This document shows, one piece after another, positions 1-8,538 of a stretch of 12,253 nt of DNA (position 1 is its first letter; each line of letters starts with the position of its first letter). Location: positions 1-12,253 of the forward strand of contig JADGIF010000265.1 in NCBI GenBank assembly GCA_018985225.1, read 5' to 3'. The position numbers were made by a program, and so were the translations under genes. The DNA is from Amoeboradix gromovi X-113 (Eukaryota; Fungi; Sanchytriomycota). Under the pieces are notes generated by a model. That model was given only the letters and a program-made list of their open reading frames with translations. It was not told the DNA's origin and made no database searches.

Positions 1-24
1 AAAATTAGTATAATAGAAGAAGAT

Positions 25-106
25 CTTTTATTAATGATAGCATTTCCTCCGTATGGAGCACCTCCTTTAAAAACGAGTTAGTCTAGTTTTTATATTTGGT
101 GTCCCA
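25..106 (-). repeat. Diverged inverted copy of 2364-2445 (probable internal fragment of the Fanzor-like element)
   Basis: The reverse complement aligns without gaps to 2364-2445 with 71/82 identities, including an exact 26-bp core (81-106 vs 2364-2389). The two copies translate similarly: GHQI*KLD*LVFKGGAPYGGNAIINK vs GHQI*KLDQAVFK*AAL*GGNTVINK. Confidence 0.85.
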
Positions 107-112
107 CATATA

Positions 113-163
113 TGCACTAACTTTCATGAGGAAGCGTATAGGGACCATATGATAGCCAATATA
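113..163 (+). pseudogene. TnpB/Fanzor-like remnant 1 (end of zinc finger plus RuvC-III only)
   Basis: Reads CTNFHEEAYRDHMIANI. It aligns to CTKCH-EIDRDHMAARNI (remnant 3) and CTNCHSEVDSDNSA (remnant 4). The 14-mer ATAGGGACCATATG (138-151) is identical to the reverse complement of 7044-7057. Confidence 0.72.
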
Positions 164-319
164 GTAGGAGTTCCTCCCTTTAATGGGAAGATGCGACAGT
201 GAATACTTTAAATGTGTTTGGTTTCGCACTGGATCACACCGTTACAGATCATATGACATAGATTGCGATTTTTCTTTAGTTTTAATTCGAGCAGACTCCA
301 GTGACCACTACCCCAACAC

Positions 320-327
320 TATAAATA
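320..327 (+). promoter_or_regulatory. Putative TATA box for the 350-797 gene
   Basis: TATAAATA begins 30 nt upstream of the ATG at 350. The AT-rich background weakens this. Confidence 0.35.
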
Positions 328-349
328 TACCCTCCGAGTTACCGGCTGC

Positions 350-797
350 ATGTTTTCTTTATTCTCTGCTATTCTTGCGATTCCGAGACTAAGTAATGAT
401 GTTGGATTTTTAGCTCCCAAGACAATTGGTCTACCATTTGCTCTCCAAAATGCTGGACCTTACTTTAGAAGTAAGAAAAAATATCCTAGTTTGTCTCTCT
501 GGAATCCTGAAGGTGGACGTGAACCCGATGTTCCATCTGAAGAGTCATTTGCTGGAACCAATAGTGTTATCGATAAACTTGAGCGTGCCGCGGTAATTCT
601 TTCTTGGCATTTAGGTTTAGGATTCAAAAAATCTAATTCATCGATATATTTTTGAGAAATATTCAGATGGTAATTACGACATCAATGAACCCACCGTTGA
701 AGAATGCAAAAAGTTTCTGCGTTCCCATAAAAGATTTGTGAATGATATCATCCAGGCCCACACATCGTCCTCTCTAGATAATGTAACGGATGAATGA
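350..797 (+). CDS. Hypothetical small, probably secreted protein (139 aa; exons 350-592 and 621-797, 28-nt intron 593-620)
   Basis: Removing GTAATT...GTTTAG (593-620, phase 0) joins ...DKLERAA to the open frame DSKNLIHRYIFEKYSDG...NVTDE*, ending at TGA 795-797. The N-terminus MFSLFSAILA is hydrophobic, and a TATA-like motif lies upstream. Confidence 0.6.
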
Positions 798-824
798 ACT
801 CACAAAATAAATTTGAAATGTATC

Positions 825-1991
825 TTAAACTAGTTTATTGATTTCTACCTTTTTCAAGAGTGTTTGGAAATCCTCTTCCAACCATTTTTCAAAAACATCA
901 TCATTACCTATGACAGCCATACTTGGGACTAACAACATTTTGGATTTATAGCTGCTATCATATGGCCATGCCAAGTCATCTACAATTACGAAGTTGTTGG
1001 ACAGAATTCTAGACTTAACATCTGGTATCGTGACCAAGTGCTTTTGAGGCAAATCAAGATGCCAAAAGTATTCTTCCCATTTCTCGACATTAGTTCCCAA
1101 CTCAAGGCCTAATCCAGGCACCAAGGAAGTAAAGCTTTCAGGATAATCTATGCATCTGTTTTCTTGACCGTTTGCATAAATAAAATAGAACTTGAGACAG
1201 TTGAGAGTGTCCCTTCCGAAGATATGGTCATCATCTATCAGATCCGTTAGTTCTAGTTTATTCAACTTTTTAACCACATATTCTTTGAAGGATAAACTAA
1301 CCAAATATACATCGAAGTGAAGTTTTGCAGCCGCAATAAATTCTCTACTTTTTCTTCTACCATAATAAACAGTCTCCTCAACAGGATTAGAGTATATTGA
1401 TCCGCAAAAGGTATCATCCACATCAAGAATCATGACTGGCAATTGAGATTCACTGCTCTTGGGTTTGATTTTGCTCTTTTCACTTAGAGATGTCTTAAGA
1501 CTCATCAAGTGTGATTTCAATGTATCTTTACTTTTTATGACCACATGGTTGTTGTGAAAATCAAACAGACGAGAGTTACCTGTCCAAATCTCAAAATCGT
1601 TTTTGTTTAAAAAGTCACCGATTTGGGGTATCAAATTTATGGGGTACGTACTAAATCCTGTTTTTTTTTGATATTGTCGCAATAGCAATAAGTTAACCTC
1701 GTAACTGTGATAAAACGTTGGACCTGTAGGGTGCTCTTTTGGGTACAAATAACTTTTTACCAAGCTCTCAAATTCAGCATCGTCCGCTATTAGAATGTTG
1801 CCAAATTCAGTGTCTATGAAGCCAGAATAGATGAAATTATTAATCGTTTCAATGCCACCAACCAATAAAAAGGTAAAACGTGGAATTATCTCTGAAAACA
1901 ATGTCTGAATTTCTGGAGTTTGGACGGCAATTGAGAGTACGTTCTCATGAACTACAATCAACTTTGCGAACACCAAGAAAAGCAAAAACAT
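825..1991 (-). CDS. HAD-superfamily phosphatase, FCP1/SCP (NIF)-like, with probable signal peptide (388 aa from ATG 1991)
   Basis: HAD motif I ILDVDDTF (DxDxT), an FCP1-like segment RRKSREFIAAAKLHFDVYLVSLSFKEYV, and motif IV VIVDD. The first ATG is at 1991 (MFLLFLVFAK); the ORF-track start at 2018 is a GTG. Confidence 0.75.
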   Translation of the reverse strand: MFLLFLVFAKLIVVHENVLSIAVQTPEIQTLFSEIIPRFTFLLVGGIETINNFIYSGFIDTEFGNILIADDAEFESLVKSYLYPKEHPTGPTFYHSYEVNLLLLRQYQKKTGFSTYPINLIPQIGDFLNKNDFEIWTGNSRLFDFHNNHVVIKSKDTLKSHLMSLKTSLSEKSKIKPKSSESQLPVMILDVDDTFCGSIYSNPVEETVYYGRRKSREFIAAAKLHFDVYLVSLSFKEYVVKKLNKLELTDLIDDDHIFGRDTLNCLKFYFIYANGQENRCIDYPESFTSLVPGLGLELGTNVEKWEEYFWHLDLPQKHLVTIPDVKSRILSNNFVIVDDLAWPYDSSYKSKMLLVPSMAVIGNDDVFEKWLEEDFQTLLKKVEINKLV

Positions 1992-2069
1992 GAGGAGATG
2001 ATGAAATTGCAGAGTCACTCAAATATGGCGCCATGATGTTATTGTTTGCCAGAGCTGATTGCAGCTGAT

Positions 2070-3043
2070 GACCATCTGGGTCAAACTGTACAAAACAAAT
2101 CCTCCAATGGTGCTAAATCTTACCAGATAGAAATGTCACGTATGCCTTGGGTAAAAAGTGCATCCATCAATTCATTACTGAAAGATAGCTTAATAGCAGA
2201 AAGTTATTTAAACAATTTATTATATTTTATTGTTGTCCGTCATTGATAAGAAATAAGCAGAAACTAACATGTAAAACAAATGCTAAGCTTACTGCAAATT
2301 GACGTATTCTGCTAGTTTGAGACAAATTTCATCCAATTCCATGATTTTCTTTATGGTTCCAGCTGGGACACCAAATATAAAAACTAGACCAAGCCGTCTT
2401 TAAATGAGCTGCTCTATAAGGAGGAAATACTGTTATTAATAAAAGTCCTTTCAAACCAATTTACTTTCATTAATGTCATTTCACTCTTTAAAATATATGA
2501 GGTCCCTGAGTGTCTAAGCAAAAGGTGCATTTTCTTAGACGATAATCTTTGTCTCTTCCATTTCTTTTTCTTCTTAGCACCTTTCGTACAACTTGTTTCT
2601 GTTTTCTGTTCTTATTGATCATTGTTTCCAAGATTTTGATGGATGAAAGCTTTTATACTACAACAATTTACTTGATCCAGTCAGATTAATTTAATTTAAT
2701 TTAATTTCATTTACTATCGTTTAATACACTTGAGATAATGATTCAAACTGTCTCAGAAAGTTAGTCCAGTTATTACATTTGATGTCCCAAATGTAAGATT
2801 ATTGCTCAAACAAAGGAAAATACATTGGTGGAAAGAAATTAAGCCTTTAATACTCAAACATGTACAAGGTGTGCATATCTGTAGAAAGCCAATTTGGAAC
2901 GATACCGTGTAAAAATTTCATTGGGAAGCGGATATAAACCATCCACTTCAAATATATGCTTAATTATTCAATCCCGCCTCGAGATATTGGTGGTATGACC
3001 AATTGCCGTAACGAGTTGACTGGTCTTATCAGTTTTCTTTCAT
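2070..3043 (+). pseudogene. TnpB/Fanzor-like remnant 2, near full-length but heavily decayed
   Basis: In order: possible RuvC-I KRCIFLD (2520-2540), VSKILMDESFYTTTIYL (about 2623-2673), DNDSNCLRKLV/SYY (2734-2776), TLVERN*AFNTQTCTRCA (Cys codons at 2861 and 2870), KANLE, CKN/HWEADINH (2908-2942), KYMLNYSIPPR. The 3' half is well supported by the other copies; the 5' boundary is uncertain. Confidence 0.75.
2686..2707. repeat. (TTAAT)4 microsatellite inside remnant 2
   Basis: TTAAT TTAAT TTAAT TTAAT TT read directly. Confidence 0.8.
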
Positions 3044-3067
3044 AATTTCTTAATCTTCTAGGAAGAC

Positions 3068-3175
3068 AAGACTTTTAACGAAGATTTGAATTGTATGTGC
3101 AATCTTAGGCTGACCCATTATTCTCAATAGCTCTTCGAAATATGACATAGCAAGTGTAACAAATAAATAGTTGTA
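3068..3175 (+). pseudogene. Additional Fanzor-like fragment (segment between RuvC-II and the zinc finger)
   Basis: KTFNEDLNCMCNLRLTHYSQ*LFEI*HSKCNK*IVV aligns with remnant 2 T*DNDSNCLRKLV-SYYI*CPKCKIIAQTKENTLVE. It shares CAAGACTTTT with the minus strand of remnant 3 at the equivalent position. Confidence 0.5.
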
Positions 3176-3397
3176 TTAAAGTTGCTCTCTTAAGTTTCAT
3201 ACCTTAACAATTTCGCAACTAATTTTAAATTTTAAAGCATCAATATATACTGCAATGTAATGATAACCTATTGGTCACGATTCCTGATGTATTGGGCCCT
3301 CATCATTTCAAAATATGAAAGAGTTAGCTTTGACCGTACAAACAGCGGTCTGTTCAGCGGTGTAAGTAAGTAAAGTTCAAATTTATATTCCATTTAT

Positions 3398-6300
3398 TTA
3401 TTCCTCCTCATACAAAATTGTGCTAGTTTGAATACTTGCGATTTCGACATGCTCCAAGTCTTTCTTTTGTGGTTTCTTGAAAACCTTTAACAGCAACCTT
3501 GTAAAAATAATAAACACCACATCTCCGATTCCAAACAATACACAAATCAACCATTCCTCGCCATTAAGTGGTTCTGTTCCCAAGGCCGTCCCAAACTGTA
3601 CCATACAAAATTGCACTAGAGCTATTATAGTCATGGTTGTTACAAAGTAGGGATTTCCCCACAATCCCTTGAATATATTAAGTTCTCCATTCAATTGCCT
3701 AGCAGTTACTTCGTTAAATATCTGCAGGACAACAAATTGTGTAAATATCATAGTTTGCTGATTTACTAATGATGCTTTTGTATTTGCCATAGGGTAGTTT
3801 AGAATGAATAAGATCATCACTGCTAGCTGATAGCCAGACTGCATAGTGACATAGTACATCATATGTTTAGTTAATACAAAGGAATTCTTCTTTATTGGTT
3901 TCTCCAGTAATATGTCAACGTCTGGTACGTCTGTAGCTAGTGCTAGAGCTCCTAATGTATCCATTATCAAATTTACCCACAGTAGCTGGACCGTGTCTAA
4001 TGGCTCACTCCCCAAAACTACGCTCCCTATTATTGTCGTCGCTATGGCCACCACATTCACGCTCAGCTGGAATTGTAAAAACTTTTTAACTACTTGTAAT
4101 ACATTTCTTCCCCATTTTATGGCATTCACGATACTTGCGAAATTATCATCAAGCAGTATTATGTCTGAACTATTTATTGCTATTTGAGTACCGCATACCC
4201 CCATTGCGAATCCTACATCACTCGATTTCAGTGCTGCCGCATCGTTTGTACCATCCCCAGTTACCGCAACCGTTTCCTGCAATTCCTTAAGTATTGTCAC
4301 CAAAGTATGCTTATCAGTCGGAGAGCTTCTACTTAATACTGCTAACCGTGGTGCTATATGAGCGCATTGATCCCTGCTCAACCTTCGGAATTCTACCCCG
4401 TCCATTACAATTTGTTTATATCTGTTCTCCTCCAGTAAACACTGCATATTTACGCAGTAGTTAGCTTTCAATATGTTGCATTCCATGGCTATATTTATGG
4501 CCGTCATCATTGCATCACCCGTCACCATTTTAATTTGTACTCCGGCTAACTGGCATTGTACTACAGCCAAGGGTACCTGTTTGCGAACTGGGTCTTTAAT
4601 TGCAAACAGACACAAGAATGTTAAATCATGCTCAGCCATTTGTAGCTCATCTTCAGTGATTAGAGTGGTGTAGTTCTTTAAAGCTAATCCCAAAACACGA
4701 TGCCCATGATTAGACCACTGCTCAATAATTATACGCAATTGCTGTTTTTCATACTCGGTTAGCACCGTTATCTGACTATTCTTAAATTGGGTTGTGCACT
4801 GTGATAGTATCTTTTCTGGTGCACCTTTCGAGTGTAATCGGGCCAACGGAAAAGAATTGTCAAAATCTACAAGATTCAATGGTTTTAATAAAGTAGACAT
4901 GGATTTTCTATCACTTGTAAATAAGAATTGTTCGGCAATTTGGATAGACTTACGAGTAATGTTATAATCAACGTCAAAATTTTTTAAAAAGAGTAATAAA
5001 GCACCTTCTGTGGCACTGCCTATAAAGCTTGTGTTGTTATTTTTGCTGACAAGTAAAGCTGTAGTATTGGAGCTAATAGCCTCATTTAAAAGTGGTAGAT
5101 ATCGAAGTACCAGAGAATCCCAATTTTGATTCTCATGGACTCTGCCATCAATAAAACATTTGACGCAATTCATCTTATTCTCAGTTAGTGTACCTGTCTT
5201 ATCAGTACATATAACAGTCGCTTGGCCCATAGTCTCACTAGCTCGTAAATGGCGAACAAAGCATTTATCTTCAATCATTTTAAACATTGAGAACGCTAAA
5301 GATATAGTGACAGCTAGCGGAAGACCTTCTGGAACAGCAACAACGACCATAGTAACACCAATAATAAAAAAGTGCGCCAAATGACTAAGAATTGAATTAG
5401 CGCCATCATCAAAGTGAGAACCAGTGGATAAATACCTAATTAAAAGAACTAAGAAAGTTAATATACCAGCGCCAAACCCTATTTTACCGACTAAGTTTGC
5501 CAAATTAGAGAGTTGAATTTGCAAAGGAGTCTCCGTATGCTGATCATCATTAAGGAGTTGCTGAATCTTACCTCCATTACTGCGAATACCTACACTTGTA
5601 ACAAGCATTTTAGCTAAGCCCTCACTTATGAGACATCCGCTGAACAAAAACGGCGATTTGCTGGATTTCTTAACAGGAAAAGACTCGCCGGTCAATGGAG
5701 ATTCATCAACGACTAATCTCGTTCCACTGAAGTATAAACCATCTGCAGGTATCTCGTCACCCGTTTCCAGCATAACAATATCACCAACAATTAAGTCCCA
5801 AGAACTGATAACATCAATGCTGCTATCTCGTAAAACTTTGCATTTCTTGTCACTTTGTAATAGCAATAGCTTTCTAAATTTTTTGTCCTTGTAGAAATCA
5901 TTACCAGCAGTTACAGTTAAGACGATGAATACTGCGATCAGAATAGCCACACCTTCAGCCCAGCCAGAAATAGGGTCCTGAACTAGTCCTAGAACTAGGA
6001 TAACTACACTGCCAATGATCAAAATTTTTAAAATTGGATCTTCAGTTGCGGTGTTCCAAACAATTCCAAATACTGTCAGAGATGGGGCCAATGGAATAAT
6101 GTTTTGCCCATATCTATCGATTCTCACACCAGCATCAATTGGGAGCTTTTGTACTTTGTTGATCTTTATGCTGCTGTTTAGCATAGCATTTTTTAACAGA
6201 TTAAGTTTTAATTTGCCACTCTTACCCTCTGGTTTCTTAAAGTGAAGACTCACTGTACTTTCAATTGCAGATCCATACTCTAGGCCAACATCTGGGTTGA

Positions 6301-6499
6301 CTCTAAGAAGGTTCGCAATGCCTTCTACTCCATCATAGCTTAAATTCAGCATTTGCAATAAATCATTACCCACCCTTTCATCAAAGCTTACAATTTTGCT
6401 TAAATCCTCAGGTGTAAGTACAAACTGAGATGTCAGCTGAGCTAGCTCGAACACAGAGGCTCTCTTTCTAGTCAATGTATTTTCAATATCTTTATCCAT
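3398..6499 (-). CDS. PMC1: Type IIB (PMCA/Pmc1-like) calcium-transporting P-type ATPase, 1033 aa, no introns needed
   Basis: Motifs VDESPLTGES, VVAVPEGLPLA, DKTGTLT (phospho-Asp), KGAPE, MVTGD, TGDGTND and the IIB-type QLLWVNLIMDTLGALALAT. The C-tail is short and lacks the long calmodulin-binding extension, as in fungal Pmc1. Confidence 0.95.
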   Translation of the reverse strand: MDKDIENTLTRKRASVFELAQLTSQFVLTPEDLSKIVSFDERVGNDLLQMLNLSYDGVEGIANLLRVNPDVGLEYGSAIESTVSLHFKKPEGKSGKLKLNLLKNAMLNSSIKINKVQKLPIDAGVRIDRYGQNIIPLAPSLTVFGIVWNTATEDPILKILIIGSVVILVLGLVQDPISGWAEGVAILIAVFIVLTVTAGNDFYKDKKFRKLLLLQSDKKCKVLRDSSIDVISSWDLIVGDIVMLETGDEIPADGLYFSGTRLVVDESPLTGESFPVKKSSKSPFLFSGCLISEGLAKMLVTSVGIRSNGGKIQQLLNDDQHTETPLQIQLSNLANLVGKIGFGAGILTFLVLLIRYLSTGSHFDDGANSILSHLAHFFIIGVTMVVVAVPEGLPLAVTISLAFSMFKMIEDKCFVRHLRASETMGQATVICTDKTGTLTENKMNCVKCFIDGRVHENQNWDSLVLRYLPLLNEAISSNTTALLVSKNNNTSFIGSATEGALLLFLKNFDVDYNITRKSIQIAEQFLFTSDRKSMSTLLKPLNLVDFDNSFPLARLHSKGAPEKILSQCTTQFKNSQITVLTEYEKQQLRIIIEQWSNHGHRVLGLALKNYTTLITEDELQMAEHDLTFLCLFAIKDPVRKQVPLAVVQCQLAGVQIKMVTGDAMMTAINIAMECNILKANYCVNMQCLLEENRYKQIVMDGVEFRRLSRDQCAHIAPRLAVLSRSSPTDKHTLVTILKELQETVAVTGDGTNDAAALKSSDVGFAMGVCGTQIAINSSDIILLDDNFASIVNAIKWGRNVLQVVKKFLQFQLSVNVVAIATTIIGSVVLGSEPLDTVQLLWVNLIMDTLGALALATDVPDVDILLEKPIKKNSFVLTKHMMYYVTMQSGYQLAVMILFILNYPMANTKASLVNQQTMIFTQFVVLQIFNEVTARQLNGELNIFKGLWGNPYFVTTMTIIALVQFCMVQFGTALGTEPLNGEEWLICVLFGIGDVVFIIFTRLLLKVFKKPQKKDLEHVEIASIQTSTILYEEE

Positions 6500-6859
6500 A
6501 ATTTGAAAACAAAAGGCCTCAAATTTAAATGCATTTTTAAATTATCTTTGATAGAATTTAAGAACATGACCCCAAAAAGAACCCGAAGCACTCTTTATGG
6601 GTGATAAGAAAGATGAGTTGAAACCAATTTATTTAAATATTCTCTGGTAAAGCTATCATGCCTCTATAGCCTTAGTTCTACTTTTTTTTTCTTTTATGCT
6701 TATTATGTCTTTGAACACGTCAAATGTTGTTATGATCAGAATGAAAAGAATTATAAACTAGAAAGAGAGTGCTCTTATGCTTAAATGATAAGAAGAAAAA
6801 AGAAGACAAAGTTAGAATAAGTCATTTACTAGTGAATTAGCTCTAAGAACTATGTTAGT

Positions 6860-7010
6860 AGATATGCAGCACCACTAAGTAGAAAGCTGAACAATTTCTT
6901 CTGTCGGTAGACACTTTAGCAATGCTGAATTCAACAGAGAAACTAGCATTAGTTTCTCCGTTACAGTGATCGCTCACGCTTTCACTACCCTGAGGCGGGA
7001 TTGAATAAGG
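6860..7010 (-). ncRNA. Candidate omegaRNA scaffold overlapping the 3' end of remnant 3
   Basis: A conserved 17-mer (6992-7008) is followed by hairpin 6964-6987 (UAGUGA/UCACUG with inner GC-GUGA-GC) and hairpin 6934-6961 (GAGAAACUA-AUGC-UAGUUUCUC, extendable to 12 bp). TnpB/Fanzor omegaRNAs are encoded at this position. Boundaries are a guess. Confidence 0.4.
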
Positions 7011-7201
7011 ATGCATATACTTGATGTATATGTTCCTTGCTGCCATATGGTCCCTATCTATCTCCAGTGACACTTTGTACAGGTTCAGGTTTCTAAATTG
7101 GTTTTCTTTAGAGTGCCACATATTGTACATGGCATCGAATTTCCATGTTTGGACCAGTTCCTCAGTGTTGATGAATGTATGCTGTACTCGCTAGTTATTT
7201 C

Positions 7202-7347
7202 TTTAGAATTGATTTACCATTTACGAAAAGGAAGAATATCGAGTGTTCAAGCTATTAGGAAAATCTGGAAAAGTCTTCAAATGATACAAAAATGCATACA
7301 AATTCGCAATAAATGATATATTCAAGAAAACAATCGAGCTGTTATTT
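7202..7347 (+). repeat. 146-bp inverted copy of 12107-12252
   Basis: Ungapped match with 140/146 identities to the reverse complement of 12107-12252. GTTATTT occurs at both 7194-7200 and 7341-7347. Confidence 0.95.
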
Positions 7348-7618
7348 AATTACGCATGAGAAACCAACTTGAGCCCCAATGGACTGCTATTGTCAAAAAG
7401 TCTTGCAATAGTATCTTTGGCCTATACTCGGAGCCATTTTTCTAAATCTGTTGAAAACCGGCAAGTAAGCATCATAATTGCATTCAGAATCAGTTTTGCT
7501 TTCCTTCATCATTTTTTTGTTTTTAAAATTGAGACATACTATTTTAAACCGTTTTAATATGAATCTTCGATTGTTATATTTACTACTAGATGAACCAAAA
7601 TTGACGCGAGATTTTTTA

Positions 7619-8400
7619 ATGAGCCAACTTTCACCAGAATCTCCAAAAGAAAGCAAAGACTTTGTTCAGCAATGTAGAAATGAAGAAAAATTAATTGGAC
7701 TGGGTATACACACGCTAAACGATATCGAAATTACAAGAGTCTATTTGGCTGCTCACGAAAATGTGATGAAAGCTAAAAACGAATTGGTAGATTTACTAAA
7801 TTGGAGGGCATCCATAAAATATGACCAGATATTAGCATCAGTATTTCCTGAATATTGTAATACAATCTTGTATCTTTACGAAGTAACTGAAAACGGAACA
7901 CCAGTTGTTTTTTACAAGGTTAAGAATCATTTGCCTCTAGTTGACGACTTGGACATCATGATTCAACAAGCTATATGCTTTATGGGCAATATACAGCGGA
8001 AGTACAATTATCCAAAGGTTATACTATGCATTGATAAAGAAGGTGCCACCAAGGACAACATCAACTTAACATTGGCCAAACAGTTTGTAACAATTTTCAC
8101 CAAGTATTTCCCAGAAACCTTGGCAGAACTTCTTATTTTCCAGTCGAACTTTGCCTTGTGGTCTTTCTGGTCAATAATAAAACCATTTATGGATCCCGAT
8201 ACTGTCAAAAAAGTATTTCCTTAATAATTCAGGTCTCAATTCTAGCATCAGAGGATCATAAACAGGTGCTGATTAATAAAATTGGTCAAAATAAACTTCC
8301 TCCTAGATTGGGTGGAAGCAATAGTAAGAAAGAACCGCAGCGATCAGAAGCAGTCTTGAAGACGCCTCCATCATCTCCAAACATTGAACTCATACAATAA
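7619..8400 (+). CDS. CRAL-TRIO/Sec14-like lipid-binding protein (20-nt intron 8213-8232; alternative ATG at 7559)
   Basis: Motifs RVYLAA...LLNWR, GTPVVFY, YFPETLAELLI and FWSIIKPFMDPDTVKK. Removing GTATTTCCTTAATAATTCAG gives in-frame VSILASEDHKQVLINKIGQNKLPPRLGG, the canonical CRAL-TRIO ending. The ORF-track start at 7478 is a TTG that overlaps remnant 3. Confidence 0.88.
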
Positions 8401-8538
8401 ATCTGATACAAAATATAAAATGACATAAGCCGCTTTAGAACAAAGTACTGCTTCTTCAGGCTTCATGTGATCTTCTTAACAAATATATAATTCATTCAGA
8501 ACGCAAGAATTCTCGAAAAATCAATAATCTACAGAGCT

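Larger units (their letters stand above)
6855..7510 (-). pseudogene. TnpB/Fanzor-like remnant 3 (RuvC-II region to C-terminus), interrupted by a 140-146-bp insert
   Basis: Minus strand: AKLIL/NYDAYLPVF (7499-7453), LKLVSHA (7373-7353), [insert], SMPCTICGTLKKTNLET*TCTKCH (CxxC-12-CxxC; Cys codons 7129, 7120, 7081, 7072), a 1-nt frameshift, then EIDRDHMAARNIYIKYMHPYSIPPQ. This matches the TnpB/Fanzor zinc finger plus DRDxNAAxNI RuvC-III pattern. Confidence 0.85.

Noticed and set aside
4231-4260. NDAAAL instead of NDAPAL in the ATPase hinge
   Set aside because: A single conservative deviation with the catalytic GDGxND intact; no basis for a functional claim.
3912-6245. Five plus-strand ORFs inside the ATPase
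   Set aside because: Antisense shadows of a clearly conserved gene. The same applies to 8008-8208, 9111-9296 and 11161-11349.
6585-6815. KPIYL motif and A/G-rich run resembling parts of remnant 2
   Set aside because: Only an 11-bp match plus low-complexity sequence; not distinguishable from chance by eye.
7085-7087. Stop-codon recoding (e.g. TGA=Trp) to rescue the broken frames
   Set aside because: Long intact genes contain no internal stops, two gene models end in TGA, and the remnants also carry TAA/TAG and frameshifts. Ordinary decay explains them.
6855-7130. 91-aa ORF as a functional nuclease
   Set aside because: It contains only RuvC-III and the tail. The zinc finger is in another frame with a stop, and no RuvC-I is seen.
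7465-7487. 23-nt GTAAGC...CAG intron extending the CRAL-TRIO gene upstream
   Set aside because: The joined upstream frame hits TGA at 7452-7454 with no ATG, and the opposite strand is better explained as the NYDAYLPVF segment of remnant 3.
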